Assembly (NCBI GenBank): GCA_038227875.1 | Contig: JBBRPR010000059.1 | Location: 1 to 51,015, forward strand | Length of the DNA: 51,015 bases | Reading direction: 5' to 3' | DNA from: Planctomycetota bacterium | GTDB taxonomy: Bacteria > Planctomycetota > SZUA-567 > H5-PLA8 | Shown here: positions 47,538 through 51,015 of the stretch, in pieces | Numbering within the stretch: position 1 is the stretch's first letter | How the letters are laid out: each line of letters starts with the position of its first letter | The notes under the pieces: model-generated | The model's input: only the letters and a program-made list of their open reading frames with translations | Database searches by the model: none | What the model was told of the DNA's origin: nothing | Position numbers and translations under genes: made by a program

Positions 47538-48986
47538 ATGCCAGCTGTAAAGCGAAAGTCCATCACACCGTACCGCGCCAGTGGGAGACCCGGCTACTGT
47601 ACAACGTTCTTCAATCCACGCAATGGCAAGAGAATCAACCGGGGCCTTGGAACAGACGACGAAACTGAAGCGAAGCAGATCTGCCTTCACATCGAGCGTC
47701 TTGTCAATACGCCCAAATACTGGAGTGTAAAACACAAGATTCTGCACGCCTTTCATCGAAAAGCAGTCCAAATATTCTTCGACGGTAAGAAGCCTGCGAA
47801 TATCTCAAATAAAGTCATCATTCCTCAAAGCTTTTTCTATCCAGACAATGACGATGGACCTGGCCCAGCTGGCTATGAAATCGCGAGCGAAGAACTAGGT
47901 GAAGAGCGCCGAAAAAACGTTAAACTGGAACTCCGACTTATCGAGCGAGAGCGCGACATCGAAGCCTTGCGTCACGAAAACGCAGAACTGCGTAGAGAAG
48001 CAAACAAACACGTCACGGCTACACTGGAAGAAGTGATCTGTGAGTGGAAAAAAACTTATCCTTCTGGCCGAAATCCGCATACCGTGACAGAAGCATTTTC
48101 CGCAGTGGACGGATTTTCAAAGTTCAATCGTCCAACCACTCTGATCGCGTCGATCAAAGCCGGCGAGATTGACAAATGGGTTGCTGCATATCGAAACAAG
48201 TCTACTGACGCTGAAGTTTCGCCGGTAACGAAACGTCGTGTCAGAGCGTACGTGTTAGCCTTCCTTTCGTGGGCTGTACGAAACTACGATCTCGCCGAAA
48301 ACCCCAGAGACAAAATCGGACCGATCCCAGGGTTGGCGCGCCATCCAGAAAACATCGAAGCGATTCGTAGTCCCAGAGATCTGAAGCTGCTAATTGCTGC
48401 TCTAAAACCGGCCCCATATTTCTGTGCGTGGGTGGCGGTCGCTTGCTTGGCTGGGCCTCGGTGGAGTGAACAGGCGAACTTGCGAGTGTCAGATGTTCAT
48501 TTGGACGAAAACTACATTCGCGTCTCGTCCCGTTCATCCGGACGACGAATTACGGGAACAAAGACGGGCCGTGAACGCAGCATCCCAATCGAACGAACTG
48601 TGTTAAAGCCGATTCTAAGGAAGTACATCGAATCTCATTCCCGCCAGCACGAATGGCTCTTTCCAAGTATTGTCGAAGCGTTGAAACGGAAGACATCCAC
48701 CGTTGGTCAGTGGTGTGGAAACGGAACTTTTCTGAACGCGCTTCGTCCCGCTCTTGAAGCCGCACGACTGCGAGTTTTGGCATCCGCGCGCGACAAAGCA
48801 AAAGCCGATAGCGAACTGTGGCGATTTGGACCCGCCGAATGGCGACACTGCTTCGGTACTGCACTGGGCAATTCGGGATTTACCGAACTTGAAATTTCGC
48901 AGTACATGGGAAACAGCGCGGACGTAGCGCGACGCCACTATATTGCGCCGGGAAATGGCAAGCGTTGGCCGTTCAAATGGCGATGA
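47538..48986 (+). CDS. Tyrosine recombinase / integrase
   Basis: AGPRWSE (Arg), TKT (Lys), AEWRH, MGNS, RRHY (Tyr); N-terminal RINRGLGT arm-binding-like segment. ATG 47538 (track start 47481). Confidence 0.85.
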   Translation: MPAVKRKSITPYRASGRPGYCTTFFNPRNGKRINRGLGTDDETEAKQICLHIERLVNTPKYWSVKHKILHAFHRKAVQIFFDGKKPANISNKVIIPQSFFYPDNDDGPGPAGYEIASEELGEERRKNVKLELRLIERERDIEALRHENAELRREANKHVTATLEEVICEWKKTYPSGRNPHTVTEAFSAVDGFSKFNRPTTLIASIKAGEIDKWVAAYRNKSTDAEVSPVTKRRVRAYVLAFLSWAVRNYDLAENPRDKIGPIPGLARHPENIEAIRSPRDLKLLIAALKPAPYFCAWVAVACLAGPRWSEQANLRVSDVHLDENYIRVSSRSSGRRITGTKTGRERSIPIERTVLKPILRKYIESHSRQHEWLFPSIVEALKRKTSTVGQWCGNGTFLNALRPALEAARLRVLASARDKAKADSELWRFGPAEWRHCFGTALGNSGFTELEISQYMGNSADVARRHYIAPGNGKRWPFKWR

Positions 48987-49375
48987 TCCTAACGAGTCCT
49001 ACGAAAACGCGATTAAAGCTGCTGCACAATGTTATAGTGGGCAAGGTGACGACGTACCCTGGGCAAGGTGCCGATTCCCGAGATTTCGATGTTCGATTCC
49101 AACGTAACGGCTTCTTTGAGCAAGCTCCTCGGAAAATGGCCCTCCTTTGCCGAATTCGGCCGCGGAAAGTTAGACGGAGACTGTCGTGGCCATCGCGAAA
49201 ATTGGAAGGGCAAAGTAACGCCCAGCTGGGTTTTTCGCAAACATGGTTTTCACGGTATTCGGTAGTTTTCCGGCTGCCGCAAATGGTCGCGCGTAGCTCA
49301 GAATTTCACTAGCCGCTACATTTACTTAGATAGAATACATGAACGTGCACGGGTCTGATCCACCCAAAGTAGAAG

Positions 49376-50281
49376 TTGAGGAATCCAGCGAAGGCCCCCT
49401 GGGTTCCTCAACTTCAGCACGTCTTCGGGGCTTTTTTCGTGAAAAAGAAATCGGCTATTTCGTTTGCGGGGTTCTCCCCGTCCGGTGAATCTTGGTTTTT
49501 GATACCGATTCCAAACACGCCTATCTATGGAAAATCTGTCATCATTTATCACCGCGTCAGCGAGAGCAAAAGCAGTAGCGGCGTTTCTGCGCGAAAGAAT
49601 TTGAAGCAAATTATTCGTACGTTTCGAAAGGCTCGGATTTCAGAAGCAAATGCCGAATTGATTGGTTTCTTTGAACAATGCCGGTCGCCGTTGAAGTCGA
49701 AGTTACTTCCAAAAATACTAGACTGGGCAGACGACAAGCGGAATGAAATCGTTCTAGTTGTGGCGAGCGTTTGTCGTACCGCACATACGTTGGATGGTGG
49801 GAAGCGGATTCTGCAGTTGCTTCGCGCGCGCAAACTACGAGTGATTTTGATGGACGTTGATAGGTTAACAATAGACGAACTTGATTTTCGTTCGTATCGC
49901 AGACAGCTAATCAAGCACGAAGCGATGTACCAATCCAGAGAGAGAAAATCCATGGCAAGACGCGTTGCGACCCCTCCTCCGAGAAGAGGCCCCACCCACT
50001 TTAACATTGTTGCAGGCCGCATAGAATTTAAGCCGAGCTTTGAACGTCATGTTGCCCCAGTCTTCAGCGCCGCAGCGAAAATTGGTTCAGGTTTCTACAA
50101 AGGTTGGCTACAAGCTTGTGCGATCGCCACGTGGCTCAATGATGCGCAAATCAGGCCTCTACGCACCTCCGAATACTCTCCAGATCTTGTCAGAAAAATG
50201 CTCGCAAATTCGAAATTGAAAGCTGCCTATGCAGAATTCTATCGGAGGCAGAATTCGCGCATGAAGAAGCGAAAAGTATAG
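49376..50281 (+). CDS. Divergent serine recombinase-like protein
   Basis: VIIYHRVS (YxRVS), LVVASVCRTAH (degenerate DRLxR), IATWLND...YSPDLVRKMLAN (recombinase-domain-like). Start uncertain. Confidence 0.5.
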   Translation: MRNPAKAPWVPQLQHVFGAFFVKKKSAISFAGFSPSGESWFLIPIPNTPIYGKSVIIYHRVSESKSSSGVSARKNLKQIIRTFRKARISEANAELIGFFEQCRSPLKSKLLPKILDWADDKRNEIVLVVASVCRTAHTLDGGKRILQLLRARKLRVILMDVDRLTIDELDFRSYRRQLIKHEAMYQSRERKSMARRVATPPPRRGPTHFNIVAGRIEFKPSFERHVAPVFSAAAKIGSGFYKGWLQACAIATWLNDAQIRPLRTSEYSPDLVRKMLANSKLKAAYAEFYRRQNSRMKKRKV

Positions 50282-50373
50282 GTTTCGTTGCGTGTATACC
50301 TCTACATTCCAATATGAACAGCTTGTAGTGTCGATGGAGAAGCAAACGAGTAAGAATATAGCCTGAAGAAGAT

Positions 50374-51015
50374 TTAGTTGCGGATCGTACTGACCGTCGC
50401 ATTGAGTTTTGCGATGTTGTCGCTGGCCTGGTGAATCAAACTTTGCAATTTTGAACGATACGTTTGGCCGTGCTCCGCGAGATATGGCAGGTCCATACTG
50501 TACTTGATTGCGTCCGCCCATACGTCTTGGGCTTCCGCATAACTCTTCATCGGTTCTGAAACATCGCGGGTGAGTTCAGGCCATAGATTTTTTTCTGGCG
50601 TCTCAAGGAACGCCCGGACGACGACCCAAGTATCACCAAGTGCTGTGGAGAATTCCGCTTTGGTCATTCCTACTTCGAGTCGCGCTTGCAGACTCTTTAA
50701 TGCGCGAATACTCGGCGCTGCCGCGGTTAGAGCTTTTAGCTTAGACGTTTGAATCTGCTTCAACCGTTCAACTACGGCCTCGTGTGCTTTCCGTATGCGA
50801 TCTTCGTCTTTAGCGCGCAGACGCAGTTCTTCAGCCTTTCGAGCTTCGTCAGCGCGTAGCTCCTGGTCTGCTCGAAGTTTGTCATCAGCTTCGCGCCGCA
50901 ACTTGATCTCCTGTCCTTCAATTAATACATTATTTGCCTGTGAGGTGGCGCTGCGCCAAAGAACAAGGTTCACCAAGACGACAAGAATTGCTGCTGCACC
51001 AAAAAGAACTAGTCC
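50374..51015 (-). CDS. Hypothetical membrane-anchored coiled-coil protein (5' end outside the window)
   Basis: The frame stays open to the window edge (GLVLFGAAAILVVLVNLVLW...), followed by a charged helical region. Confidence 0.6.
   Translation of the reverse strand, partial: GLVLFGAAAILVVLVNLVLWRSATSQANNVLIEGQEIKLRREADDKLRADQELRADEARKAEELRLRAKDEDRIRKAHEAVVERLKQIQTSKLKALTAAAPSIRALKSLQARLEVGMTKAEFSTALGDTWVVVRAFLETPEKNLWPELTRDVSEPMKSYAEAQDVWADAIKYSMDLPYLAEHGQTYRSKLQSLIHQASDNIAKLNATVSTIRN

Larger units (their letters stand above)
47401..51015. mobile_element. Edge of a putative integrative element / genomic island
   Basis: Integrase adjacent to a tRNA, a visible drop in GC, a second recombinase-like gene, and short repeats GTTGTG(C/T)A at 47478, 47502 and 47512. 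Confidence 0.6.

Overview
GC-rich bacterial window. The gene content and repeat families suggest Planctomycetota, but that is inference. Left to right: the start of an IS1595-like transposase, nrdR, a degenerate NrdD-like ATP-cone protein, secreted proteins, two glycoside hydrolases, a Ser/Thr kinase, amt and an EamA transporter. The centre (20085-29279) is an RNA-repair locus: rtcR is divergent from a predicted sigma54 operon running rsr (Ro60/TROVE), non-coding array, rtcB, rtcA. The main finding is that the rsr-rtcB interval carries eight Y-RNA-like elements (Y1-Y8, numbered from rsr). They share a covarying Ro-type stem but carry different payloads: two stem-only, two with a T-arm plus GAAA hairpin, two YrlA-like permuted tRNA mimics, and two permuted mimics that also rebuild an anticodon arm (UAG, UAA) and have REP-like inserts. 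Barstar-like and Cys-rich cargo genes sit inside the array, and a cassette bounded by 55-bp inverted repeats separates rtcB from rtcA. To the right: a predicted sigma54 unit (stress protein, ferritin-like protein, alpha-glucan water dikinase homolog, TIM-barrel protein, xylonate dehydratase), SMI1/KNR4, a pseudopilin, a PKD surface protein, nifJ with a DHOD-like partner, tRNA-Leu(CAA) and the edge of an integrase-bearing island. All calls come from reading motifs by eye; no database searches were run.
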